Positions 20,887 to 30,541 of a DNA stretch of 53,757 nt are shown piece by piece (position 1 is the stretch's first letter; each line of letters starts with the position of its first letter). Source of the stretch: Clostridia bacterium (GTDB lineage Bacteria; Bacillota; Clostridia; TANB77; CAG-465); NCBI GenBank assembly GCA_045538335.1, contig JAZSRF010000013.1, forward strand, positions 1 through 53,757, read 5' to 3'. The position numbers and the translations under genes were made by a program. Under the pieces are notes generated by a model. The model was given only the letters and a program-made list of their open reading frames with translations, ran no database searches and was not told the origin of the DNA.

Positions 20887-22207
20887 TTTTATCTCCTTTC
20901 ACAAACTTACATATGTAATCATAACCTTTAGTTCCTGTAATTTCTACACTCACCCACTCGCCAACAACTACATTTGCTATACTTGTTTTATTTATCTTAA
21001 GTAACATTTTAGGGTCTACATCAGGTGCATCCATATATGACCTGCATACAAAATATTTTTCACTTTCATCTACATCTGTAACTAGCACTTCAAACGTTTT
21101 TCCTATGTTTGATGCCATAAATTCATTTACTACTTTTTGTTGTTCTTGCATAAGCTTTTTGTATCTTCCTTTTTTAACAACTTCTAAAACATCTCCTGGC
21201 ATCGTTTCTGCTACTGTATCATCTTCTTTAGAGAAAGTAAAAGCTCCCATTCTTTCAAATTTAAGGTCTTCTACTGCATCTAACAGCTCACAGAAATCGT
21301 CTATAGTTTCGCCTTGATAACCTACCATAAACGTAGTTCTAAGAACAGCATCTGGTATTTCTTTACGAATTTTTTCAACTAGCTCATATACTTCGTTTTT
21401 ATTCGTATGTCTATTCATAGCCTTTAACATTTTATCTGAAATGTGTTGTAGAGGTATGTCGAAATATTTGCAAATCTTTGGATTTGTTTTAAATTCTTCT
21501 ATAAGCTCATCTGTAATCTTACCAGGATACATATATAATACTCTAATCCATTTTAATTGGTCTAGCTTAGACAATTCCTTAAGTAGTTTATATAACATTG
21601 GTTTGCCATATAAATCCAAGCCATACGATGTTGTATCTTGGGCAATAACAACTAGTTCTCTTATTCCCTTATCTACTAAAAATTTTGCTTCATCAACTAT
21701 ATCTTCTATTTTCCTAGATTTAAGTTTACCTCTAATTAATGGAATAGCACAATAATGACAATTATTGTTACATCCATCTGAAATTCTTAAGTATGCTGTT
21801 GGGAATACGCTTGATACAATTCTATCTTTGAACTCTAATTTTGTTTTAATTTCTTTACTAAAATATTCTGAAAAAATCTTATCTATATTATTATACTCAT
21901 CTACGCCAATTACTAAATCTACTTCTGGAAACTCTTTCTCTATTTCAGATTTATATCTTTTGGCAAGACAACCTGCAACAATTAAATGTTTACATTTTCC
22001 TATCTTTTTATACTCTGCCATATCTAAAATAGTGTCTATAGCTTCTTCTTTTGCTGATTTTATAAAACCACAAGTGTTTACTAAAATACATTCTGCTTCA
22101 TTTAAATCTGTTTCTAACTCAAACCCGATATTCTTTAAAAAACCAAGTAGCATTTCACTATCCACTTCATTTTTAGCACAGCCAAGTGTAACTAAACTAA
22201 CTTTCAT
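20876..22207 (-). CDS. rimO: Ribosomal protein S12 methylthiotransferase RimO
   Basis: LGCAKNEVDSE, VNTCGFI, radical-SAM CNNNCHYC, DAPDVD TRAM region. Confidence 0.95.
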   Translation of the reverse strand: MKVSLVTLGCAKNEVDSEMLLGFLKNIGFELETDLNEAECILVNTCGFIKSAKEEAIDTILDMAEYKKIGKCKHLIVAGCLAKRYKSEIEKEFPEVDLVIGVDEYNNIDKIFSEYFSKEIKTKLEFKDRIVSSVFPTAYLRISDGCNNNCHYCAIPLIRGKLKSRKIEDIVDEAKFLVDKGIRELVVIAQDTTSYGLDLYGKPMLYKLLKELSKLDQLKWIRVLYMYPGKITDELIEEFKTNPKICKYFDIPLQHISDKMLKAMNRHTNKNEVYELVEKIRKEIPDAVLRTTFMVGYQGETIDDFCELLDAVEDLKFERMGAFTFSKEDDTVAETMPGDVLEVVKKGRYKKLMQEQQKVVNEFMASNIGKTFEVLVTDVDESEKYFVCRSYMDAPDVDPKMLLKINKTSIANVVVGEWVSVEITGTKGYDYICKFVKGDKNVQ

Positions 22208-22288
22208 AGTTTTTGCCTCCGAATTAATTATACCATACTATTTAGCAAAAACCAATATTTTTATACAATTTGTTATATGCTTTAAGTA

Positions 22289-22327
22289 AAATATAAAGGA
22301 GCCAGCTTATACTGGTTCCTTTATATT
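22289..22327 (-). terminator. Terminator after thrS
   Basis: ATATAAAGGAGCCAG / CTGGTTCCTTTATAT inverted repeat. Confidence 0.75.
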
Positions 22328-24115
22328 TTAATGATTCAATTGTTCTTTTATTTCATTTTCAAGTCTTGAAATAACTTCGTCTACTGATAATGTTCCTACT
22401 TTTTCTCCACCACGAGCTGTTAACGCAAGAGTTCCATCATTCATCTCGTTGTCTCCAATTACTACAAAATATGGCACTTTTTCAAGCCTTGCTTCTCTTA
22501 TCTTGTATCCTATCTTTTCATTAGAGTTATCCAGTTCTACTCTAAATCCTTTAAGTTCTAGTTTTTCTTTAACAGTATTTGCATATTCTATATGTGCATC
22601 AGATATTGTTAAAAGTTTTATTTGAGTTGGTGCCATCCAAAGTGGTAATGCACCAGCATATTTTTCAATAAGTAATGCCAATGTTCTTTCATAACAACCA
22701 ATTGAAGTTCTATGAATAATGTATGGGTTCTTTTTAATTCCATCTCTATCTACATATTCCATGCCGAACTTTTCAGATAATAATTGATCTATTTGTATAG
22801 TAATTAAAGTATCTTCTTTGCCAAATACATTCTTTATTTGTATATCTAGTTTTGGACCGTAGAATGCAGCTTCACCTATTCCTTCTTTGTACTCAATTCC
22901 AAGATTGTCTAGGATGTTTTTCATTACACCTTGTGCCTCATCCCATTGTTCAACTGTTCCAATATATTTTTGTCTGTTGTCCGGGTCCCATTTAGAGAAT
23001 CTATATGATACATCTTCATATAGCCCTAAACATTTAAGCATATATATTGCAAGTTCTAAACAATGTTTAAATTCACCTTCTAATTGTTCTGGTGTACACA
23101 TTAAATGACCTTCAGATATTGTAAATTGTCTTAGGCGAATAAGACCGTGCATTTCTCCTGATGCTTCATTTCTAAATAAAGTAGATGTTTCGTTAAGGCG
23201 CATTGGAAGGTCTCTATAACTTCTTCCTCTATTTAAGAATACTTGGTATTGGAAAGGACAAGTCATAGGACGAAGTGCAAACACTTCACTATCTTTTTCC
23301 TCATCTCCTAATACAAACATTCCGTCTTTATAATGGTCCCAGTGGCCAGATATTTTGTATAAGTCAGATTTAGCCATAAATGGAGTTTTAGTTAACTGCC
23401 AACCACACTTAGCTTCAGTATCTTCAACAAATCTTTGTAATAGTTGTATTACTTTAGCTCCTTTAGGTAGCATTATTGGTAATCCTTGACCAATGTAATC
23501 TACAGTTGTGAAGAATTCCATTTCTCTTCCAAGTTTATTGTGATCACGGCGTTTAGCATCTTCTTGTTTTTCAATATATTCCGTTACTTCAGCTTCAGTT
23601 GCAAAACAAGTGCCATATATTCTTGTTAGCATTTTGTTTTTTTCCGAACCTCTCCAATATGCACCTGTAACAGACATAAGTTTAACAGCTCCCACATCTT
23701 TTACGTTCGCAAGATGTGGTCCACGACACATGTCTGTAAATGGTCCATTTTCATAGAAAGTAATTCTTGTGCCGTCTTCTAGTTCTTCTATTAATTCTAG
23801 TTTGTATGGCTCGTCTTTCATTTTCTCTATAGCATCAGCTTTTGAAAGTTCATATACTTTCATTTCTTGTCCTTGTGCTATTATATTTTTCATTATGTTT
23901 TCTATTTTCTTTAAATTTTCAGCAGTAATGTTTAGGTTATCGAAATCATAATAGAAGCCATTTTCTGTAGAAGGTCCTATTGCGAGTTTAGCATCAGGAT
24001 AAACTTTTTTTATAGCTTGAGCTAGAACGTGAGACGCTGTGTGTCTAGCAACAGCAATATTTTCGTTGTAATCCAATTCAACTATACTGCCATCATTATT
24101 TAATACTTTTATCAC
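22328..24115 (-). CDS. thrS: Threonine--tRNA ligase
   Basis: RHTASHVLAQA, CRGPH, RDHNKLG, LRPMTCP, AAFYGPKLD, IHRTSIG; likely start is GTG at 24115 behind GGAGG. Confidence 0.97.
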   Translation of the reverse strand: MIKVLNNDGSIVELDYNENIAVARHTASHVLAQAIKKVYPDAKLAIGPSTENGFYYDFDNLNITAENLKKIENIMKNIIAQGQEMKVYELSKADAIEKMKDEPYKLELIEELEDGTRITFYENGPFTDMCRGPHLANVKDVGAVKLMSVTGAYWRGSEKNKMLTRIYGTCFATEAEVTEYIEKQEDAKRRDHNKLGREMEFFTTVDYIGQGLPIMLPKGAKVIQLLQRFVEDTEAKCGWQLTKTPFMAKSDLYKISGHWDHYKDGMFVLGDEEKDSEVFALRPMTCPFQYQVFLNRGRSYRDLPMRLNETSTLFRNEASGEMHGLIRLRQFTISEGHLMCTPEQLEGEFKHCLELAIYMLKCLGLYEDVSYRFSKWDPDNRQKYIGTVEQWDEAQGVMKNILDNLGIEYKEGIGEAAFYGPKLDIQIKNVFGKEDTLITIQIDQLLSEKFGMEYVDRDGIKKNPYIIHRTSIGCYERTLALLIEKYAGALPLWMAPTQIKLLTISDAHIEYANTVKEKLELKGFRVELDNSNEKIGYKIREARLEKVPYFVVIGDNEMNDGTLALTARGGEKVGTLSVDEVISRLENEIKEQLNH

Positions 24116-24149
24116 GTAAATCCCTCCTTTGTATATGATAATAAGTAAA

Positions 24150-24372
24150 TACAAATGCACCCCCATAGGCACATTACCTACAGGGGTGCAAATTATATTT
24201 ATTTACACGGTTCCACCCTATATTTTACTTAATTTCTGATTTTACGAAATCAACGGTAGCTTTCACTACAAGCTCCGGGGTAGTCTTCAAAATGCTAACC
24301 TTCAAAAGCAGCTTTCAGCCACGACTGCTTCTCTCTGTTGCGTACGACAAATCTACTCGTCCCTTCAACGCT
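24150..24372 (-). promoter_or_regulatory. T-box riboswitch (Thr) upstream of thrS
   Basis: Stem I with AGAGA and GCTGAAA motifs, specifier loop GAAGACTACC with Thr codons, T-box AGGTGGAACCGTG, terminator TGCACCCC...GGGGTGCATTT. Confidence 0.92.
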
Positions 24373-24449
24373 TACATATATATTATACTACTTAATAGTT
24401 AATATTTAAAGAGTTTTTCTATTTTTTTCTCCAAATTATAATAATTTGT

Positions 24450-25304
24450 TTATATCTCCAATGTAGAGCTTAATACTTGGTAAAACTTATTATTTTCTCT
24501 TAACTCTAATACACTATATGTGGTATCATTTCCTGTTGTTTCTTGAAGTACAATTTCAGGCTTTGTATCATCATTTAAATCCATAACAAACTTTAATGAA
24601 TAAACTGGCCATCTATCTGAATCTTCAGTATCTCTAACATAAGAATACTTTACTAAATATGCCTTATCTGAAGTTACGAATACTACTGCACTGTATGCAC
24701 CAAGCATATTTGCTTTTTCGCTAGTTGCACAGATAATCTTGTCTGCTATATTGTTTATATTAGTGCCATATACTTCTGTAATTTTCACAGAGCCATTTAT
24801 TAACTTGTATGAACCTATTGCTTCTTTAACATAGTTTACATCTTCTTCCGTAGGCACCAAATTTGTCATACCAGGCAATACTTTTACGCCATCCTGTGAT
24901 GTTATAGCTAAATAATTACCCGGAACACCTTCTTTAGCAATAGTAGTATAAATTACAGACTTGTTATACCTTTTTATGCTAGCCGTTTTAAATCTGCCAT
25001 ACTTTGCATTTTCACCATATAAGTCTACTTCTAATTCAGCTTTATTGCTATTTGCATCATAGAACTTTTCAGCAGATACCCAAACATCTTCATTTGCTCC
25101 ACCTAGTACAATTCCATTTACTATTATAGCTTTACAATTCGCCGCATCAGATGTAGTGGCCTTTTCCGCTTTATTATCTACATTTTCTAATGTAATATAA
25201 TTTCCACTTAATGTATACCATAAAAACAATATGCCTAATAATATAATAAGTATGAAAAATATAACTAAAAGTGATAACACTATTCTTCTTTTATTTTTTT
25301 TCAC
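24450..25304 (-). CDS. Membrane-anchored hypothetical protein
   Basis: N-terminal TM anchor; DLNDDTKPEIV calcium-loop-like motif; GTGA overlap with queH. Confidence 0.75.
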   Translation of the reverse strand: MKKNKRRIVLSLLVIFFILIILLGILFLWYTLSGNYITLENVDNKAEKATTSDAANCKAIIVNGIVLGGANEDVWVSAEKFYDANSNKAELEVDLYGENAKYGRFKTASIKRYNKSVIYTTIAKEGVPGNYLAITSQDGVKVLPGMTNLVPTEEDVNYVKEAIGSYKLINGSVKITEVYGTNINNIADKIICATSEKANMLGAYSAVVFVTSDKAYLVKYSYVRDTEDSDRWPVYSLKFVMDLNDDTKPEIVLQETTGNDTTYSVLELRENNKFYQVLSSTLEI

Positions 25305-25873
25305 TTTTTCTTTCCTCCTTCATCTATAGAAAAAATACAGCCACAATATTTTTGCCTATACAATTCTAGTTCTTTTGCTCTATGTTGTCCGTCCCAAAAC
25401 ATTGGTCTAAAATCTTTATACATAAATTTAACTCCATATTTATCTGCCAACTTTTCACAAACCTCACAAATAATATCGTGTTTTTGATATGGGCTAATTA
25501 AAAGTGTAGTTGTAACAGCTGTGTAACCATTGGCTTTTGCATACTCAAAAACTTTTTCAAGACGTGATGTATAACAATATTCACATCTTAATCTATACCC
25601 ATTTTCTTTAAAATCCATTGCTCGTTTTGTCCAAGTGAGCAAATTGTACTCGTCCAAAAATATCCCTTGTTTATTTTTTATGTCTAAAAATTGTCTTAGT
25701 GTCTCTTTTCTTTGTTCATATTCATATTTTGGATGAATGTTTATGTTATACCATATAACATCCATAGCCTCTATGCCTTCTATGTTATACTCTTCATAAT
25801 TTTTTTCTATATCTTCATATACTGCTACTAGGCAAGGGCCACAACAAGCATGTATTAATAGTTTATCCTTCAT
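25301..25873 (-). CDS. queH: Epoxyqueuosine reductase QueH
   Basis: [36 protein letters not shown]. Confidence 0.93.
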   Translation of the reverse strand: MKDKLLIHACCGPCLVAVYEDIEKNYEEYNIEGIEAMDVIWYNINIHPKYEYEQRKETLRQFLDIKNKQGIFLDEYNLLTWTKRAMDFKENGYRLRCEYCYTSRLEKVFEYAKANGYTAVTTTLLISPYQKHDIICEVCEKLADKYGVKFMYKDFRPMFWDGQHRAKELELYRQKYCGCIFSIDEGGKKK

Positions 25874-26867
25874 ATGCTACCCCCATGTGCTCATATGCTA
25901 GACGAGTAAGTATTCTACCTCTAGGAGTTCTGTTTATAAATCCAATTTGCATAAGGTAAGGTTCGTACACATCTTCTATTGTATCTTTGTCTTCTCCTAT
26001 CGCTGCTGCCAAAGCTTCAAGTCCAACAGCTTTACCATTAAATTTAGTTATCATGGTATCTAGTAACTTCCTATCTATTTCATCAAGTCCATATTCATCA
26101 ATTTCAAGTGTATCTAATGTTTTTTTAGTAATATCATAATCTATATTTAACATATCTTGAACTTCAGCAAAATCTCTTACTCTTTTTAGCAGTCTATTAG
26201 CTATTCTAGGTGTTCCTCTACTTCTAGAACCTATTTCTTCTGCTGCCTCTTTAGATATTGGTATTTCTAATATATTTGCACTTCTTGCAACTATTGTTGC
26301 AAGTTCTTCTACAGAATATAGATTTAATCTATGTATTATACCAAATCTGTCTCTTAACGGACCAGACAACGAACCAGCTTTAGTAGTTGCACCAACCAAA
26401 GTAAACTTCGGAAGGTCAATTCTAATGCTTCTTGCAGATGGACCTTTTCCTATCATAATATCTAAATTACAGTCTTCTAAAGCAGGATAAAGCACCTCTT
26501 CTACACTCTTTTTAAGCCTATGTATTTCATCAATGAAAAGTAAATCATTTTCTTCAAGATTTGTAAGAATAGCTGCCAAATCCCCCGGCTTTTCGATAGC
26601 AGGCCCAGACGTTATTTTTATATTCACACCCATCTCTGACGCAATAATATTTGCAAGTGTAGTCTTTCCCAGTCCTGGTGGTCCATATAACAAAACGTGA
26701 TCTAAAGCTTCTTTACGTTTTAGAGCCGCTTTAATATATATTTTCATATTTTCCTTTACTTTTGTTTGGCCAATATATTCTTCAAAATTATGTGGCCTTA
26801 ATGATACCTCAATTTTTGAATCTTCTTCCATATCATATTCTGGCATTATTACTCTATCTTCTGTCAT
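25863..26867 (-). CDS. ruvB: Holliday junction helicase RuvB
   Basis: [38 protein letters not shown]. Confidence 0.98.
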   Translation of the reverse strand: MTEDRVIMPEYDMEEDSKIEVSLRPHNFEEYIGQTKVKENMKIYIKAALKRKEALDHVLLYGPPGLGKTTLANIIASEMGVNIKITSGPAIEKPGDLAAILTNLEENDLLFIDEIHRLKKSVEEVLYPALEDCNLDIMIGKGPSARSIRIDLPKFTLVGATTKAGSLSGPLRDRFGIIHRLNLYSVEELATIVARSANILEIPISKEAAEEIGSRSRGTPRIANRLLKRVRDFAEVQDMLNIDYDITKKTLDTLEIDEYGLDEIDRKLLDTMITKFNGKAVGLEALAAAIGEDKDTIEDVYEPYLMQIGFINRTPRGRILTRLAYEHMGVAYEG

Positions 26868-26937
26868 ATTTACCTCTTCTTTCTATGAGATTATATCAAC
26901 ATAGCTCATAAATTGCAAGGCTACATATATATAAAAA

Positions 26938-26967
26938 TGAAAGAGTGGATTTTAATCCACCCTTTCA
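26938..26967 (-). terminator. Terminator after the small membrane-protein array
   Basis: TGAAAGGGTGGATT / AATCCACTCTTTCA followed by TTTTT on the minus strand. Confidence 0.75.
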
Positions 26968-26969
26968 AA

Positions 26970-27245
26970 TCATTTAACCGTTTCATCTATTTGCCACTTG
27001 AGACGCCAAACGTCATATACCAAAAGGATAAAAGCTAATGCAAAAGTAATATACAAACAGGTAGTACTATTTGATGTAAATAACGCTACTATGCAAGCAA
27101 TAAAACCTAACGATCTAGCAATTATTACTTTACATATTGCACTTATTCTTTTACTGTTTTGCATTTTTGTCCATCCACACCAATAATATAGTTGCAAATA
27201 TATTGACAGAAAAACGAGTCCATACCCCAAGACAGCGGCCAACAT
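26970..27245 (-). CDS. Small three-TM membrane protein (array B)
   Basis: GGGGAG RBS before ATG at 27245; three hydrophobic segments. Confidence 0.7.
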   Translation of the reverse strand: MLAAVLGYGLVFLSIYLQLYYWCGWTKMQNSKRISAICKVIIARSLGFIACIVALFTSNSTTCLYITFALAFILLVYDVWRLKWQIDETVK

Positions 27246-27264
27246 ATTATCTCCCCTTATTCTT

Positions 27265-27567
27265 CTATACAACTACATCTTCTATGCACATATTCTTCTT
27301 GTTTTCTTTTTTCTCAAGCTTTTTATATGCGTAAAAGCTCATAGAAAGTGAAATGAGATTTATTGCTTGAATTGGAATCATTATTACGTTAAAAATCATA
27401 TTTTTACCATTATAGGCTTTAGTAATAATAGCAACCACTTCGCAGCCAATAATCAAAAGTACAATAACAAATGAAATTTTGCATAGTAATATTCCATTTT
27501 TATTTGTTCTGAAAATGATCAGTGGCAAAAGAGCTAGCGCTAATATTAAAACAAAAAAATCTCACAT
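27265..27567 (-). pseudogene. Small three-TM membrane protein (array B) with in-frame TGA at codon 2; pseudogene or read-through
   Basis: AAGGAG-8nt-ATG TGA GAT TTT TTT GTT..., in frame with ORF 27265..27528; ends EDVVV. Confidence 0.6.
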
Positions 27568-27583
27568 TACGGTTTCTCCTTTG

Positions 27584-27892
27584 TTATACTACAACATCAA
27601 CATTTGCATCGCGATTATTCCTTTTCTTTTCGAACACCCCATAATCCTTAGCTTCCAGAATAATTGCTGTGCTTACAATAGAGTGTGCTATTAGCACAAT
27701 AAATACAGGTACCCAGTAGTTTGATAGTAAGAATCTAACAACAAGGCTAATAACCTCTATCGATAAAGCAGCTATACAAGCATAGGACTGTATTTTTAGA
27801 GCTTTCTTCATATTACTATCATTTTGAGCTATGAGTGCAACTAAAAATACGACAAATAAAACAAACATTAAAATATCCAAAACTGTTAACAT
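27584..27892 (-). CDS. Small three-TM membrane protein (array B), C-terminus DVVV
   Basis: AAGGGGG RBS; three TM segments and a basic tail. Confidence 0.75.
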   Translation of the reverse strand: MLTVLDILMFVLFVVFLVALIAQNDSNMKKALKIQSYACIAALSIEVISLVVRFLLSNYWVPVFIVLIAHSIVSTAIILEAKDYGVFEKKRNNRDANVDVVV

Positions 27893-28094
27893 TTTAATTC
27901 CCCCTTTAAATTATTAATAGGTAATTATTTTTATCCAAATTATTATACTACAAGTTTACGTAAATTACAAGGCATATTTTTCTTTTTACTATTTCATAAT
28001 TTATATATCTCTATATTGTAACAAATTTTAAGCATCTTCATAATATGTAATATATATAATCAAATATACTTGATTGTATATGAAAGGAGTTCGC

Positions 28095-28262
28095 ATGTGG
28101 GGTACTAATAACTTTGGCAACAATTCATTTATTTGGCTTATATTACTTATACTTATCTTCTTTACTGATAGTTCATCGACATCAATTAGCCAAGCAAATT
28201 ATTTTAAACTAACTGATAACATAAATAACACCAACAATTTGCTAAATGGCTTCTTTAATTAA
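28095..28262 (+). CDS. Small membrane protein, possibly spore-associated
   Basis: AAGGAG RBS before ATG at 28095; FGNNSFIWLILLILIFF segment. Confidence 0.6.
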   Translation: MWGTNNFGNNSFIWLILLILIFFTDSSSTSISQANYFKLTDNINNTNNLLNGFFN

Positions 28263-28281
28263 TTAAAAGGAGGAATTTAAA

Positions 28282-28431
28282 ATGATAGATGAAAGATGTG
28301 GATGCGGTTGTGGAAACTGTGGTGGAAACTGCGGAGGTAACTTCGGTGGAGGTTTCGGCGGCGGAAACTGTTGCTGCATTTGGATAATCCTTATAATAAT
28401 CATATTAGTATGCTGCTGCGGATGCTGCTAA
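28282..28431 (+). CDS. Cys/Gly-rich 49-aa membrane peptide, YjcZ-like/spore-associated type; absent from the ORF track
   Basis: AAGGAGG RBS; MIDERCGCGCGNCGGNCGGNFGGGFGGGNCCCIWIILIIIILVCCCGCC; terminator follows. Confidence 0.85.
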   Translation: MIDERCGCGCGNCGGNCGGNFGGGFGGGNCCCIWIILIIIILVCCCGCC

Positions 28432-28463
28432 TTTAAACATATAATACCCTTTAAACCAATACT

Positions 28464-28489
28464 TAACCCGGGCTTTAAAACCCGGGTTA
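28464..28489. terminator. Terminator between convergent genes
   Basis: TAACCCGGG / CCCGGGTTA inverted repeat. Confidence 0.7.
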
Positions 28490-28513
28490 CATATTTACAT
28501 TAATATGTTAATT

Positions 28514-29464
28514 TTATTCTTCCATTTTATTTTCAGAACCTAGTACATTTACTATTTTATGTTTTACCATTTCTTTTACCGCTAAACGACCTTTTCCAAG
28601 ATATGTTCTTGGATCAAATACATCTGGCATTTGTTCAAAACATTCACGTATATTTGCGGTCATAGCTAAACGTATATCTGAATCTATGTTTATTTTGCAT
28701 ACTCCATATTTTGCTGCTTCTCTTAAAAGTTCTTCTGGAACACCTTTAGCCCCAGGAATATTGCCACCATATTTATTACACATCTCTACAAATTCCTGTG
28801 GTACAGATGAAGCACCATGAAGTACTAATGGAAATCCTGGCAATCTTTCAGTTATTTCTTTTAATATATCTATTCTAAGTTTAGGTTCACCTTTAAACTT
28901 GTATGCACCGTGACTAGTACCTATAGCTATTGCTAAAGAGTCACAACCCGTAAGCTCTACAAATTTAACCGCTTCGTCAGGCGAAGTATACATTGCATCG
29001 CTGTCAGCTACATTTACATCGTCTTCAATTCCCGCAAGTTTACCAAGCTCAGCTTCTACAACTACGCCTCTTGGATGTGCGTATTCTACAACTTTTTTTG
29101 TCAACTCAACATTTTCTTCAAACGAATATTTAGAACCATCTATCATAACAGATGTAAAGCCAGAATCTATACAATCTTTACATAACTCAAACGTATCACC
29201 ATGATCTAAATGCAGTACCACGTCTATATCTTTACCTTTTGCTTTGGCATCTTCTATACCCGCTTCAACAAGTTTTCTTAAATATATTGGATTAGCATAC
29301 TTTCTTGCTCCACTAGATACTTGTAATATAACTGGAGAATTAGTTTCAGTTGCTGCCTCCATAATTCCTTGTATTATTTCCATATTATTTACGTTAAACG
29401 CACCTATTGCGTAACCGCCTTCATATGCCTTTTTAAACATTTCTTTCGATGTTGTAAGTCCCAT
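28514..29464 (-). CDS. fba: Class II fructose-1,6-bisphosphate aldolase
   Basis: GAFNVNN, HLDHG, SVMIDGS, GTSHGAYK, LVLHGASS, KINIDSD. Confidence 0.96.
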   Translation of the reverse strand: MGLTTSKEMFKKAYEGGYAIGAFNVNNMEIIQGIMEAATETNSPVILQVSSGARKYANPIYLRKLVEAGIEDAKAKGKDIDVVLHLDHGDTFELCKDCIDSGFTSVMIDGSKYSFEENVELTKKVVEYAHPRGVVVEAELGKLAGIEDDVNVADSDAMYTSPDEAVKFVELTGCDSLAIAIGTSHGAYKFKGEPKLRIDILKEITERLPGFPLVLHGASSVPQEFVEMCNKYGGNIPGAKGVPEELLREAAKYGVCKINIDSDIRLAMTANIRECFEQMPDVFDPRTYLGKGRLAVKEMVKHKIVNVLGSENKMEE

Positions 29465-29636
29465 ATAACATACCTCCTAAATTTAAATATATACTACTAT
29501 ATTTAATCTTCTTTTTCAAGTTAAAGTATACATATTTATAAATTTCTTGCTTTTTATGTTAACATATAGTATAATGTTAATGTGTATATATTATGTACGA
29601 GCGTAAATACGCAAATAAATTTTGGAGGTATGTAAA

Positions 29637-29963
29637 GTGAAAAAACGGATTGTTATTCTTCTTTTGGTAGCAATGCTTGGTGTATGCATCCTATCCGGTT
29701 GTGGTGGCACATATAGTAACTCGGCTGATAAAGCCGCAAATGAAGCAGCACAACTTGTTCCCATCGATGGCAAGAATTATTTGTCATATAGCGAGGATAC
29801 CGGTGTGGTATACTATATGTTTTCCACAACCGAATCTTACGCTCATCAAGGCTATGGTTACACATACTTCGCGCCATATATCAGCGAAAATGGCAATTTC
29901 TGCAGATACGTGGATGGCGAAATTGTTGAGATCACAGACAAAGATTTAAGCACCTTAAACTAA
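29637..29963 (+). CDS. Hypothetical lipoprotein
   Basis: GGAGG RBS before GTG at 29637; MKKRIVILLLVAMLGVCILSG-C lipobox; promoter TTGCTT-17-TATAAT at 29547-29575. Confidence 0.75.
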   Translation: MKKRIVILLLVAMLGVCILSGCGGTYSNSADKAANEAAQLVPIDGKNYLSYSEDTGVVYYMFSTTESYAHQGYGYTYFAPYISENGNFCRYVDGEIVEITDKDLSTLN

Positions 29964-29988
29964 CAACAAAATATTAGGAGGATTTCAT

Positions 29989-30453
29989 ATGTTAATTGTA
30001 CTAGCAGTCATCTCTTTCGTCGTCATTATAGCAGGTATTATCATTTATTTTAAGAGTGCCTTTCCCCACGAAGGCGCCGGCCCTACAATTGCCGGGTGTG
30101 GAGCAATCGTCTTTGCTATAGCAGTTATTGCTATGATTTTTGTAGGTGCAAAGCTTTCCACTTCGCATACTATAGACGAAAAAATTGCTCTTTATGAGCA
30201 AGAAAATCGTGTTATCGAAGAAAAGGTAAATCTTACCGTAAGCACATATCTTGCTCATGAACAAGAAACTCTTACTGCTCTTACTCCCGAAAACGCTGCA
30301 AATTTTGTTGCTCTTATCCCTGAACTTAATTCGGATAGCGTTGTACAACAGCAAATTGCAACATATTTGGAAAATCACCAAACTATTGTAAGTCTTAGAG
30401 TTGACAAAATCAACTTGGCTAAATCAAGATGGTGGATGTACTTCGGTAGTTAA
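29989..30453 (+). CDS. Hypothetical membrane protein (two TM helices plus coiled coil)
   Basis: AGGAGG RBS; hydrophobic N-terminus; ends RWWMYFGS; terminator at 30460-30491. Confidence 0.75.
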   Translation: MLIVLAVISFVVIIAGIIIYFKSAFPHEGAGPTIAGCGAIVFAIAVIAMIFVGAKLSTSHTIDEKIALYEQENRVIEEKVNLTVSTYLAHEQETLTALTPENAANFVALIPELNSDSVVQQQIATYLENHQTIVSLRVDKINLAKSRWWMYFGS

Positions 30454-30541
30454 AACTTTAACCAAGTCTCTATTTAGAGGCTTGGTTTTTTATGTATATA
30501 TACCTCTATATTGTAATATATTAAATATATGGAGGTAAATC

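Noticed and set aside
24116-24172. N-terminal extension of ThrS given in the ORF track
   Set aside because: It lies within the T-box terminator; the RBS supports GTG at 24115.
28295-28375. Tandem repeat or CRISPR-like array (GGAAACTG repeats)
   Set aside because: The repeats are codons of the Gly/Cys-rich peptide; there is no repeat-spacer structure and no cas gene.
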